From Bacteroidota bacterium (GTDB taxonomy: Bacteria; Bacteroidota; Bacteroidia; Flavobacteriales_D; JABDKJ01): a stretch of DNA of 64,000 bases. The stretch lies in assembly GCA_024279715.1 (NCBI GenBank), contig JAJRRH010000072.1, positions 14,572-78,571 of the forward strand, in the 5' to 3' direction. How positions within the stretch are numbered: position 1 is the first letter of the stretch; each line of letters starts with the position of its first letter. The translations under genes and the position numbers were made by a program. Below the pieces are notes generated by a model. That model was not told the origin of the DNA. It did not search any database and saw only the letters and a program-made list of their open reading frames with translations. Below, piece by piece: positions 19,616 through 29,368 of this stretch.

Positions 19616-22540
19616 ATGAAATATACATATTATACATTTATACTATCCTTGATTTTTAGTTGGGGGACACAACTACAAGCACAGGACATAAATACAGCCG
19701 CAAGTTATTCTGGCAACATCTCACTAAAACGTGTCGAGCCATCTTTGAGCTCTAAAAGTAAGTTGAAACCTGCTATTCCTTTGACAGAAACATCACAAGA
19801 CGGCAGGTCTTCAAAAAATCTAGTTATACCGGGTAAGGATAAGCAAAGTACAGATGATGCGCTGGTAAAAAATGCAGATACCATGACTGGAAAGTTATTA
19901 GCGAAAGCACCATCATTGGTTTTTGAAGTGAATAACAGTGTTAGTTCTCCTTCAGATCCAGCAATGGCTGTTGGTCCAGACCATGTTTTTATTGTCTATA
20001 ACACTGGGTTTATTATATATGATAAAGAAGGAAATGACCTTACAGGACCTTTAAATGTAAATAATATCTTTTCAAGTGGTGGATGTTGTGATCTTACTGC
20101 TTCTTATGATAATGTGGCTGATCGTTGGGTAATATCGTATTTGTTTTTTGGCAGTGGAGCAGAAGTCGCTGTCTCAAGTGGTCCTGACCCCGTAAATTCT
20201 GACTGGTTTGTTTATAGTGTTTCGCAAATAGCGGACTATCAAAAATTATCCGTCTGGAGTGATGGATATTATCTGACAGATAACACCTCTGGAAATGAAG
20301 TATGGGCATTGGAACGTGATGCAATGCTTGCTGGAGAAAATAGCCCAGGAATACAAGGGTTTAGTTTACCAGGTATTGTCACTAGTGGATTCTCAAGTTC
20401 TCAAGTATTAAATGTAACGGATGACAACTTGCCTGCGGTAGGTGGAGCTACAGTAGTTTACTTGCAAGATGATGCTTATAGTGGAGTGAGTGAAGATCAT
20501 ATTAAGCTATGGACTATTGATGTCGATTGGGCGAACTCAGCAAATTCGCAAGTGAGTGATGCTGAAACTTTCGTTACCACACCTTTTATTGGTGTTTTTG
20601 ATGGCGGTAGTTTTTCTAACTTAATTCAACCTGGCGGAGGAGCAGGTATTGATGCATTACAGGCAACAATAATGAATCAAGCACAATTCAGAAAATTTGG
20701 AGATCACAACTCTGCAATTTTCAGTTTTGTGGTGGATGTGGATGCAAGTGCAGATAAACTAGCTGGTATTAGATGGTATGAATTCCGTCAAGATGGTGAC
20801 AACCAACCTTGGACAATGTATCAAGAAGGAACATACACCTCTCCAGATGGTAAACACGCTTGGATGTCGAGTATGGCAATGGATTTTCAAGGTAACATAG
20901 GAATGGGTTACACCTCTATGGCAGGACCCACTACTCCAAATCCTACAGACTTTAGAGTAGGGTCATACTATACAGGTAGATACGCAAATGATCCAGCTGG
21001 TACTATGACTATTGCGGAGGAGCTAATAGGTATGGGCGCAGGAGACATACAAGGAAATCGTTATGGTGACTATGGAAAACTGGACTTAGACCCGGTAAGT
21101 GATAAAAAATTCTGGTTTATTAATGAATATTTAAATAATGATATCGTTGGAGTATTCCAAATAGCTAGTGACTTTGATAATGATATCGGAGTGGTAGCTA
21201 TTAATACCCCTGAAGATGGTGCTCTTACCGGCAGTGAGCAAATCACAATTACCATCTTTAATTACGGACTAGAAGATGTTACTGGTTTTGACATCACCTA
21301 TCAAATAGATGGAGGAAGTGTGGTTGCTGAATCATTCCCTGGAACAATAGCCGCCACTACCACAGCAGAATATAGCTTTACGACAACGGGTGATTTTTCA
21401 ACCGAAGGTCAAACTTATACCATTACTGCTTCCACAATGTTTGCGGATGATCAGTATAACGACAATGATGCAATCACAAAAGAAGTGACACACTTATTTC
21501 CAAACGATGTAGGTGTAACTGGAAGAATTAATCCCGTCTCTGGTTCTGGATTAACAGCCAATGAAGAAGTTATCGTAACTATAACCAATTTTGGTTCTGC
21601 AACGCAAACAAGTATTCCTGTTTTCTATTCAATTAATAACGGAACGGTTGTGCAAGAGACATATACAGGTTCAATAGCGCAAGGAGAATCGGATGACTAT
21701 ACTTTTAGTGCTAATGCAAACTTGGCGGATCTTGGGGACTATGATGTATTAACAGGTACTGAATTAGATGGGGATGCAGATGAGTCTAATGATGATTTGT
21801 CTTCAGTCGTTTCTAATTTTATTTGTCAGCCAGCGTCTGATTGTGCCGGTTTTAATGACGGTATCACACAATTACAAGTGGCCGATCAAGATATCTCTGT
21901 GGCCTGTGGAGAGGCAGGATATACGGATAATACAGATATTATTTTCAATTTTGATTTGGGTCAAAATCCGTTTGAAGGTGCTCTTCAAATGGGTTATGCA
22001 GGAGACTATTCGATTTGGATTGATTTTAATGATGACTTCTCTTTCTCAAGTAATGAGTTGGTTGCTTCAGGCGCTGTGCCAGAGGCTGATGTTGATTTAG
22101 ACTTTACAATTGACTTTACAGACTTTGATTATTCGAATGGCATGCATACCATGAGAGTTAGAGCCGGTGACCCAGGGTTTGAAGGGGATATTGGTGATCC
22201 TTGTAGTGACCTTACCTATGGACGTACAAATGATTTTACAGTAAACGTATCTGGTGTCGTTGGTATTGATGAGTTTTCATTTGCATCCAGCGATATTGTA
22301 ATCAACACCCTAGGTGGCAATCAATTTGAATTGGTTATGAATACCTCAGATTTCACGGACAGATTGCCATTGACTGTTTTTAATTCCGCTGGTCAAACCT
22401 TAGCATTCTATACTATTGAAAATAGCGGTACGGGATATAGAAAGATCATTGATATGTCGCATATAGCTTCAGGAGTGTATTTTGTGAGAATAGGCAACAA
22501 TAATGGCTTGAATAAAATAAAACGTTTGGTAGTAGAGTAA
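19616..22540 (+). CDS. Large secreted protein with T9SS type-A C-terminal sorting domain, two CARDB-like Ig modules and a GEVED-like domain; N-terminal ~500 aa uncharacterised
   Basis: Signal peptide. Tandem Ig-like modules (DIGVVAINTPEDG...ITIFNYG / DVGVTGRINPVSG...VTITNFG). A WIDFNDDFSFSSNELV...MRVRAGD block resembles GEVED. The C-terminus GVYFVRIGNNNGLNKIKRLVVE is typical of a Por secretion tail. Confidence 0.8.
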   Translation: MKYTYYTFILSLIFSWGTQLQAQDINTAASYSGNISLKRVEPSLSSKSKLKPAIPLTETSQDGRSSKNLVIPGKDKQSTDDALVKNADTMTGKLLAKAPSLVFEVNNSVSSPSDPAMAVGPDHVFIVYNTGFIIYDKEGNDLTGPLNVNNIFSSGGCCDLTASYDNVADRWVISYLFFGSGAEVAVSSGPDPVNSDWFVYSVSQIADYQKLSVWSDGYYLTDNTSGNEVWALERDAMLAGENSPGIQGFSLPGIVTSGFSSSQVLNVTDDNLPAVGGATVVYLQDDAYSGVSEDHIKLWTIDVDWANSANSQVSDAETFVTTPFIGVFDGGSFSNLIQPGGGAGIDALQATIMNQAQFRKFGDHNSAIFSFVVDVDASADKLAGIRWYEFRQDGDNQPWTMYQEGTYTSPDGKHAWMSSMAMDFQGNIGMGYTSMAGPTTPNPTDFRVGSYYTGRYANDPAGTMTIAEELIGMGAGDIQGNRYGDYGKLDLDPVSDKKFWFINEYLNNDIVGVFQIASDFDNDIGVVAINTPEDGALTGSEQITITIFNYGLEDVTGFDITYQIDGGSVVAESFPGTIAATTTAEYSFTTTGDFSTEGQTYTITASTMFADDQYNDNDAITKEVTHLFPNDVGVTGRINPVSGSGLTANEEVIVTITNFGSATQTSIPVFYSINNGTVVQETYTGSIAQGESDDYTFSANANLADLGDYDVLTGTELDGDADESNDDLSSVVSNFICQPASDCAGFNDGITQLQVADQDISVACGEAGYTDNTDIIFNFDLGQNPFEGALQMGYAGDYSIWIDFNDDFSFSSNELVASGAVPEADVDLDFTIDFTDFDYSNGMHTMRVRAGDPGFEGDIGDPCSDLTYGRTNDFTVNVSGVVGIDEFSFASSDIVINTLGGNQFELVMNTSDFTDRLPLTVFNSAGQTLAFYTIENSGTGYRKIIDMSHIASGVYFVRIGNNNGLNKIKRLVVE

Positions 22541-22579
22541 TCTAAAGAACTAGATTAAGTAACCTACTAATTGATTCTT

Positions 22580-22613
22580 AGCGATACTTCTTAATTGAAG
22601 TATCGCTTTTTTG
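22580..22613 (+). terminator. Intrinsic terminator after the type-A CTD cargo gene
   Basis: 11-bp stem AGCGATACTTC/GAAGTATCGCT with a 6-nt loop, followed by T6. Confidence 0.8.
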
Positions 22614-22744
22614 TTTTCTATAATGAATGATATTTTTTCGTTAAAAACATATAAGAATCCAACACATGTTGGTTTTTTAACATAGTATGTGAGGCTTTCT
22701 AACTGAAAAACTAACGTCATATTAGTATAAATACTATATTTACC

Positions 22745-25216
22745 ATGCTAAATAAAAACAAAATGAACCAAACGGTTGCGAATCGGTTTTTCTTATTGTT
22801 AGTTGTTGTATGCACTCCATTAATGGTTTCGGGGCAGCTAATTATTGAGAATACCCTTACGGTAGAACAGTATGTCCAAGATATACTTTTGGGTGAAGGG
22901 GTATCGGTTTCCAATATCACCTTCAATGGTGCTCCAGCCAATGAGATAAATGTCCAAGTGGGATACTTTAATAGTGATAATGCAAATGTGGGAATATCGA
23001 GTGGGTTGATTCTTGCAACTGGTGACGTTATTGGTGCTTTAGGTCCTAATGATACTGGGGGTTATTCAGAGATCATACCTGATGGCGGAATGACAGGGGA
23101 TTTAGATTTAGAGCAGCTTAACCCTGGTTTTGATATGAACGATATCGCTGTTTTAGAATTTGATTTTATTCCAAATGGGGATACACTAAGTTTTAATTAC
23201 GTTTTTGGATCAGACGAGTATTTAGAATTTGTTAACTCTTCGTTTAACGATGCTTTTGGGTTTTTCTTATGCGGACCAGGAATCTCTGGGCCATTTTCTA
23301 CACCTGACAATACTATATTCCCTAATGGATCTGCAAATATTGCATTAGTACCGGGAACTACTCAAGCAGTGACGATAGATAATGTCAATGACGCATCAAA
23401 TTCGGCATATTATGTGGTGAATGGTGAGGGATTTGATGAGCCTTTTTTTTCTGATGAATCTTATATTCAGTACGATGGTTTTACCACTCCGCTGGAAGCT
23501 TTTGCATTGGTTCAATGTGGCGAGACTTATCATATCAAGTTGGCTATTGCTGATGCAGGGGATACAGCCTTAGATTCCGGGGTGTTTCTTCAGGAAGGAA
23601 GTTTTTCGAGTAGCATGGCTATTCAAACGGAGTTGCAACTGAATATAGGGGTGTCTGTCAATGTACTTTATGAAAATTGTGGTACAGGTACATTAGTGTT
23701 TACTCGATTTGGTGATCTTGATGAATCTGCCGTTGTGGAATTAGTGACTTCTGGTACAGCAATTAATGGTGTGGATTACACCAACATTCCAAATCAAGTT
23801 ATATTTCCTCCGGGAGACAGTATTGTAACGCTTGAAATAACTGCAATTGCAGATGGAATTGTTGAGGGTATAGAAGATGTAGCTATTGATATAACCAATA
23901 CAGTGGAATCTGCCTGTGGGGTCAATGTAACTAGCCATTTCACATTTGATATCTATGACGATCCAGAAGCTCTCGCTTTAGACGGAGGAGATTATAATAA
24001 CGATTGTGGAGATTCTGTGTTGATTGGCTCTAGTGTATCCGGTGGATATGGGCAATACAGTTACTCATGGTATGCCGACGGCACACTCTTACCTCAGTAT
24101 CAAGATTCTGTTTTTTACGCTTCTCCTGGAATTACCACAGAATACACCATGGAAGTAGAAGATATTTGTAACGCAGGTACAATTAGCGCTACGTATCTTG
24201 TGACTGTCCCAGTTTACCCAGAATTAGAAGTGGATATCAATGACGAAGTTGAATTGCTTTGCCTTGAAGAAGTCGTGATGAATATTAATAGCTACTCTGG
24301 AGGTAATGGTGAATATACCTTTGCTTGGTATCAAGAAGGACAGCTTCTTGGCACAGAAACCTCTCTGGACTATATTGCTACTGGAGATACCCAATTATCT
24401 GTAATCTTAACAGATGGATGTGGAATAACCACTACGGATGTCATGCAAGTCAATGTACCTCCGATCCCAATCATAATTAACCTAACAGAGGAACAGTCAA
24501 TTTGCAAAGGAGATGTTGCAGTCATAGTTTCAGAGGTATCGGGAGGGAAGCCACCATATATTTATAGCTGGACTTCTACAGCCCAGGATGAGGATGTTAT
24601 CACTGTAAGTCCTTTGCAAAGCACAGTCTATGAATTAAGCATAATCGACCAATGTGGCGCTACCGAATCTGCTTCAACCAGTATAGAAGTATCTTTTGTG
24701 GAAGCAATATTTACTGCTATTGAGTTAGATTACTATGGTGTGGAGGTACAAAATCATACACAAAGTGATAATGCAGGAGATATTGTTTATCGTTGGGATT
24801 TCGGAGACGGTTTCACCTCGTCAGAGTTTGAATTATCTCACATGTATACGGATTTATCAGATCATTTTGTGACCCTTACAGCAACAACATCAATGGGGTG
24901 TGTCGATTCTACCTTACATGAAATTATTGCACCTAAACCTATCTATATACCCAATTCTTTTTCACCAAATGGAGATGGAATCAACGATCTTTTCTTCGTT
25001 TCAGGTAATAATCTGGAAGAATTTGAGATCAGTATTTTTGATAGATGGGGAAAAATACTTTTTCATTCCAAGGATATTACAGAAAAATGGAATGGAAAAG
25101 GCGCTGATAATGAGCGATTTTACACAATGAATAGCGTATATAGTTACATTATCAATATTCGACCGAATGCTGGCGAACGAGAAAGCATTAAAGGTTCTGT
25201 AACAGTAATTCGGTAA
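22745..25216 (+). CDS. Choice-of-anchor-L domain adhesin-like protein with Calx-beta, SprB-type Ig repeats, PKD domain and T9SS type-B (gliding motility-associated, CHU_C) C-terminal domain
   Basis: N-terminal block VEQYVQDILLGEGV...ILATGD...VLEFDFIP...FGSDEYLEFV...FNDAFGFFL. Calx-beta-like GVDYTNIP...VTLEITAIADGIVEG. Repeats GGYGQYSYSW, GGNGEYTFAW and GGKPPYIYSW. PKD YRWDFGDG. Tail IPNSFSPNGDGINDLF...IFDRWGKILF. Confidence 0.85.
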   Translation: MLNKNKMNQTVANRFFLLLVVVCTPLMVSGQLIIENTLTVEQYVQDILLGEGVSVSNITFNGAPANEINVQVGYFNSDNANVGISSGLILATGDVIGALGPNDTGGYSEIIPDGGMTGDLDLEQLNPGFDMNDIAVLEFDFIPNGDTLSFNYVFGSDEYLEFVNSSFNDAFGFFLCGPGISGPFSTPDNTIFPNGSANIALVPGTTQAVTIDNVNDASNSAYYVVNGEGFDEPFFSDESYIQYDGFTTPLEAFALVQCGETYHIKLAIADAGDTALDSGVFLQEGSFSSSMAIQTELQLNIGVSVNVLYENCGTGTLVFTRFGDLDESAVVELVTSGTAINGVDYTNIPNQVIFPPGDSIVTLEITAIADGIVEGIEDVAIDITNTVESACGVNVTSHFTFDIYDDPEALALDGGDYNNDCGDSVLIGSSVSGGYGQYSYSWYADGTLLPQYQDSVFYASPGITTEYTMEVEDICNAGTISATYLVTVPVYPELEVDINDEVELLCLEEVVMNINSYSGGNGEYTFAWYQEGQLLGTETSLDYIATGDTQLSVILTDGCGITTTDVMQVNVPPIPIIINLTEEQSICKGDVAVIVSEVSGGKPPYIYSWTSTAQDEDVITVSPLQSTVYELSIIDQCGATESASTSIEVSFVEAIFTAIELDYYGVEVQNHTQSDNAGDIVYRWDFGDGFTSSEFELSHMYTDLSDHFVTLTATTSMGCVDSTLHEIIAPKPIYIPNSFSPNGDGINDLFFVSGNNLEEFEISIFDRWGKILFHSKDITEKWNGKGADNERFYTMNSVYSYIINIRPNAGERESIKGSVTVIR

Positions 25217-25257
25217 TGTCATTTTATTATCTAAATTAGCAAACTAAATTATTAAGT

Positions 25258-27489
25258 ATGATTCACAAAATTTTACCCTTTCTATTCTTTCTCTTTATCA
25301 GTAATGCGTTTTATTCTCAGCTTGCTGTAACGAATGATATGTCACCTGAGGAATACGTCCAAGATGTATTGTTAGGAGGTGGTGTTGTTGCGTCCAATAT
25401 TACGTTTAACGGCAATCCGGGGAGTGCAGTAAATTCTCAATGCGGTTTTTTCACAAGCAATGAAGGTGTGATTGATTTATGTGATGGTATTATTCTAGCA
25501 TCAGGCGATGTTACTGGAGCGTTAGGCCCTAATAATAGTGGTGGATTTACATTGGGGGCTGACAACCCAATTAATGGAGATGCTGACTTGGAGCTTCTTA
25601 TTCCTGGATTTCCAGTGAATGATGTAGCAGTTTTGGAATTTGATTTTGTTCCTGAGGATGATGTTTTAACATTTAGTTATATTTTTGGATCTGATGAATA
25701 CTTAGAGTTCGTAAATGGTGGTTTTAATGACGTTTTTGGATTCTTTCTTTGTGGGCCTGGTATTTCAGGGCCTTATAGTACCCCTGACAATACGCTTTTC
25801 CCTGATGGTTCTGACAATATAGCGGTATTGCCTTCAGGCGATGTAGTATCAATAGATAATGTAAATGACGTAGTAAATTCAGAGTATTATGTCATTAATG
25901 GAGATGGGACTAATGAGCCTTACGCTTCCGATGATTTTTATGTGCAATATGATGGACTTACGGTAGTATTAACTGCTACAGCAAATGTTGTTCCTGGTGA
26001 AACTTATCATATCAAAATGGCAATTGCAGATGCTGGGGATACTGCTTTAGATTCAGGAGTATTTCTTGAAGGTGGTAGTTTCTCCTCTGGTCTTAATGGA
26101 ATCGATGCGGTAACTTATAGTTCATTAGGCCTTGTTGAAGCAAGTGAACTCTGTGACAGTGGATACTTTTATATTGGACGAGAGGGATGTGTTCTTGATT
26201 CACTCTGGTATGAATTTGTTTATACTGGCAGTGCTGATTATGGGACGGATTACAATCCTTTGCCATTAGATACTATTTTACCAGAGGGAGTCGAAGAAAT
26301 TATCTTTCCAATGTATGCCATAAGTGATGGTATTGACGAAGGCATGGAAGTGATGGAGGTGTTGATTTATTCATCCGAGACGGGAGCTGAAGGAAGTTTT
26401 ATTTTTCTTGATACTTTAACGGTAAATATTGTGGACAACTATACTTTCCCATTAGATGCCGAGACAGTAAGCGTATATTGCCCCGTAGATTCTGCTAATA
26501 TTTTTGCAGTGCCTATGTATCCAGGTGTTCCTGAGTATGACATTACTTGGACTCAAAATGGGGTTGTTTTAGGAGATGAAACCCAATTATTGGTTCCCGT
26601 ACCAGAAATACAATACGACTCTACTTATTATAATATTACAGTAATGGATGGTTGCGGAATGTTTAGTGAGCCAGATTCGGTTTGGATAGTTAATTCTATC
26701 CCTAGTCACCCTGTCGTTGAAGTTGGAATTAATAGCACGTATTGTCGAGGAATTGAATTCCCGCTCTATGCTGAAATAGACCATGGAACAGCTCCATTTA
26801 CCTATCAATGGTCAGACGGAGGAACGACTTCACCTAACCTCGTAACTCCTGATATTGACACGGAGTACACCGTAATTGTTACAGATGGTTGTGGTCGAGA
26901 AGCAGAAGGAACAGGCACTTTAATTATGCCGGCCACTGTTACAATTGATGAAGATGTGCCAGATTATATTTGTATTGGGGAGGATTTAGAACTGAGTCCT
27001 ATGGCTAGTGGTGGACGCTCACCCTATTATTATACATGGGGACAGAATCCTGTTTTTGGTGATTTAGAATACGATAATTGGACGGGTAATGGCACCATTG
27101 GTAACGTAGTACAATTCGCTGAGGATGAAAACATTGCCTACCTACAGTTAGAAGTTAGAGATTATTGTCAAAGAATGAGAGATACCCTCGGTATTTCCAA
27201 CCCATTCGACTTTCCAGTTTATTTTACAGATACCGTGACAGTTCTTAATTGCATGATTCCAAATGTAATTACTCCAAATGGAGATGATATCAACGCACTG
27301 TTTGAAGCTGAAGAATTGCTTGCGAATAAAGGCACATTATTTATCTATGACAGATGGGGTAAGTTGATGAGTGAGTCGTCAGAATACTTTTGGGATCCAA
27401 AGAATAGTCCAGATGGAACGTACTATTGGGTAATCATATTTGCTGATGGTACGGAGCAAAAGAAAGGTCACTTCACTATCCTGAGATAG
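25258..27489 (+). CDS. Paralogous choice-of-anchor-L domain protein with T9SS type-B C-terminal domain
   Basis: Same N-terminal domain order as the upstream gene (PEEYVQDVLLGGGV...ILASGD...VLEFDFVP...FGSDEYLEFV...FNDVFGFFL...AIADAGDTALDSGVFL). Tail IPNVITPNGDDINALF...IYDRWGKLM. Confidence 0.85.
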   Translation: MIHKILPFLFFLFISNAFYSQLAVTNDMSPEEYVQDVLLGGGVVASNITFNGNPGSAVNSQCGFFTSNEGVIDLCDGIILASGDVTGALGPNNSGGFTLGADNPINGDADLELLIPGFPVNDVAVLEFDFVPEDDVLTFSYIFGSDEYLEFVNGGFNDVFGFFLCGPGISGPYSTPDNTLFPDGSDNIAVLPSGDVVSIDNVNDVVNSEYYVINGDGTNEPYASDDFYVQYDGLTVVLTATANVVPGETYHIKMAIADAGDTALDSGVFLEGGSFSSGLNGIDAVTYSSLGLVEASELCDSGYFYIGREGCVLDSLWYEFVYTGSADYGTDYNPLPLDTILPEGVEEIIFPMYAISDGIDEGMEVMEVLIYSSETGAEGSFIFLDTLTVNIVDNYTFPLDAETVSVYCPVDSANIFAVPMYPGVPEYDITWTQNGVVLGDETQLLVPVPEIQYDSTYYNITVMDGCGMFSEPDSVWIVNSIPSHPVVEVGINSTYCRGIEFPLYAEIDHGTAPFTYQWSDGGTTSPNLVTPDIDTEYTVIVTDGCGREAEGTGTLIMPATVTIDEDVPDYICIGEDLELSPMASGGRSPYYYTWGQNPVFGDLEYDNWTGNGTIGNVVQFAEDENIAYLQLEVRDYCQRMRDTLGISNPFDFPVYFTDTVTVLNCMIPNVITPNGDDINALFEAEELLANKGTLFIYDRWGKLMSESSEYFWDPKNSPDGTYYWVIIFADGTEQKKGHFTILR

Positions 27490-27500
27490 CTAGTACGCAG

Positions 27501-29024
27501 TTAAGATAAAAGGGAATGACCAGTCATTTCACTTGGTATTGGTATTTCTAGTAACGACAACAAAGTAGGAGCAACATCCGCTAATACACCTGGTTCAATG
27601 GCGCTATATTTTTCACCAAGATAAAAAATAGGTACTGGATTAAGCGTATGTGCTGTATGGGGCGTTCCATTAGGATTGATATTTAATTCTGCATTACCGT
27701 GATCCGCAATGATTAATACCTCATAGTTTAGAGCTCGAGCTGTTTCACAAAGTTGTTTCGTACACGCATCAATAGTCTCTACTGCTTTGATAATAGCTGG
27801 TACTACTCCTGTATGACCTACCATATCCGGATTGGCAAAATTTAGAATCATTAGATTTGGTTTTTCACTCTCTAAGTTGGCTATGGCTTTTAGTAAAAGC
27901 TCATTAGCACTCATTTCAGGTTGCAAATCATAAGTAGCTACCTTCGGAGAGTTCGCCATGATTCGCTTTTCTCCTTTAAACACATCTTCTCTACCACCAG
28001 AAAAGAAAAAAGTTACATGAGGATACTTTTCAGTCTCCGCCATTCTTACTTGTGTCATACCTGCATTAGATACCACTTCACCTAAAGTGGATTTAAGATT
28101 ATCTTTATCATAGAGCACACCGATATTTTTGAAAGCTTGGTCATATCTGGTCATTGTGAAATATGAAATATTTAAAGTTTTCATATGTTCATTTGGCATA
28201 TCTTTTTGTGAAAGAACTGTAGATATTTGACGGCATCTATCTGTCCTGAAATTGAAGCATATAACTACGTCCATATCATGCATGCCTTCATACTTATTTG
28301 ACACTATAGGTGACATGAATTCATCAGAGATTCCACTGTCATATTGTTCCTGAATCGATTTTTTAAAATCTAAAGTAGATAGCCCCTTTCCGGAAGTGAT
28401 TAGATCGTAAGCTTTATTAATTCTTTCCCAACGATTATCCCTGTCCATTGCGTAATACCGACCAATTACTGTAGCAATTTCTCCTTGGGTTTGAGATAAT
28501 TTCTCTTCAAGTTGTTTGATATAAAGTATGCCATTATTTGTATCTGTGTCCCTGCCGTCAGTAAATGCGTGAACCATTACCTTCTCAACTTTGTGCGCAT
28601 AACAAACATCTAGAAGCGCAAATAGATGCTCAAGGGAAGAATGAATACCCCCATCAGATAGCAAACCCATTAGATGGAGCGTAGAACCTGAATCGTTAGC
28701 AGATTGTATGGCCCTTAGTAATTCTTTGTTGTTAGCAAATGATCCATTTTCAATTTCTCTATTTATCTTTGCAAGATCCTGAAACACAACTCTTCCTGCA
28801 CCGATATTTAGATGTCCAACTTCAGAATTACCCATCTGTCCATCTGGTAGTCCCACATGGGTGCCATCTGTTCTGAGTTCATTATTTGGAACGGTGGAAT
28901 ACAGACTATCAATAAATGGCGTGTTTGCTTGATGGATAGCATTTGTATTATCTTTCTTGCCATGACCCCAACCGTCCATGATTATCAGAAGCGCATTGCG
29001 TTTGCCCGTACCATTGTTTTTCAT
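27501..29024 (-). CDS. gpmI: 2,3-bisphosphoglycerate-independent phosphoglycerate mutase
   Basis: LIIMDGWG, GNSEVGHLNIGAGR and IADHGNAE blocks; 507 aa. Confidence 0.95.
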   Translation of the reverse strand: MKNNGTGKRNALLIIMDGWGHGKKDNTNAIHQANTPFIDSLYSTVPNNELRTDGTHVGLPDGQMGNSEVGHLNIGAGRVVFQDLAKINREIENGSFANNKELLRAIQSANDSGSTLHLMGLLSDGGIHSSLEHLFALLDVCYAHKVEKVMVHAFTDGRDTDTNNGILYIKQLEEKLSQTQGEIATVIGRYYAMDRDNRWERINKAYDLITSGKGLSTLDFKKSIQEQYDSGISDEFMSPIVSNKYEGMHDMDVVICFNFRTDRCRQISTVLSQKDMPNEHMKTLNISYFTMTRYDQAFKNIGVLYDKDNLKSTLGEVVSNAGMTQVRMAETEKYPHVTFFFSGGREDVFKGEKRIMANSPKVATYDLQPEMSANELLLKAIANLESEKPNLMILNFANPDMVGHTGVVPAIIKAVETIDACTKQLCETARALNYEVLIIADHGNAELNINPNGTPHTAHTLNPVPIFYLGEKYSAIEPGVLADVAPTLLSLLEIPIPSEMTGHSLLS

Positions 29025-29074
29025 TCGAAATTATCTTTAGTATGTTGGGTCAAAAGTATGAAAACAGGGGTTAC

Positions 29075-29109
29075 CAAAAAAGCCAAAGCTGAATAAACAA
29101 CTTTGGCTT
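29075..29109 (-). terminator. Intrinsic terminator downstream of tRNA-Phe (minus strand)
   Basis: Stem AGCCAAAG/CTTTGGCT (29081-29088 / 29101-29108) with a 12-nt loop, followed on the minus strand by a T-run (plus-strand A-run 29075-29080). Confidence 0.6.
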
Positions 29110-29119
29110 TCATTAAAAG

Positions 29120-29192
29120 TGGTGCTACCTGGATTCGAACCAGGGACACATGGATTTTCAATCCATTGCTCTACCAACTGAGCTATAGCACC
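29120..29192 (-). tRNA. tRNA-Phe (anticodon GAA)
   Basis: The reverse complement folds as a cloverleaf. Acceptor GGTGCTA/TAGCACC, D-arm GCTC-AGTTGGTA-GAGC, anticodon arm ATGGA-TTGAAAA-TCCAT (GAA), T-arm CCTGG-TTCGAAT-CCAGG and discriminator A. CCA is not encoded. Confidence 0.95.
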
Positions 29193-29210
29193 CTTTGTTT
29201 ATAGAGAGCG

Positions 29211-29218
29211 CAAATTTA
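29211..29218 (-). promoter_or_regulatory. -7 promoter box TAAATTTG upstream of tRNA-Phe
   Basis: Exact TAnnTTTG match on the minus strand, 18 nt upstream of the mature tRNA 5' end. Confidence 0.45.
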
Positions 29219-29368
29219 GAAATAATTCTTTATAATGGAAGCTTATTTTTAAAATCTAATTATATTTAACCATATATCATAGAAATAGATTGATAATGAG
29301 ACCGATAACTTCGATTATTTATTAACCTTTTTTCTTAGTTTAATATTTTTTGTTTTTATTTTCGCAGA

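Noticed and set aside
29025-29368. tRNA-Phe as a possible integration hotspot for the adjacent T9SS cargo block
   Set aside because: No integrase, excisionase or transposase is present, and I could not find a direct repeat of the tRNA 3' end anywhere in 19400-29100.
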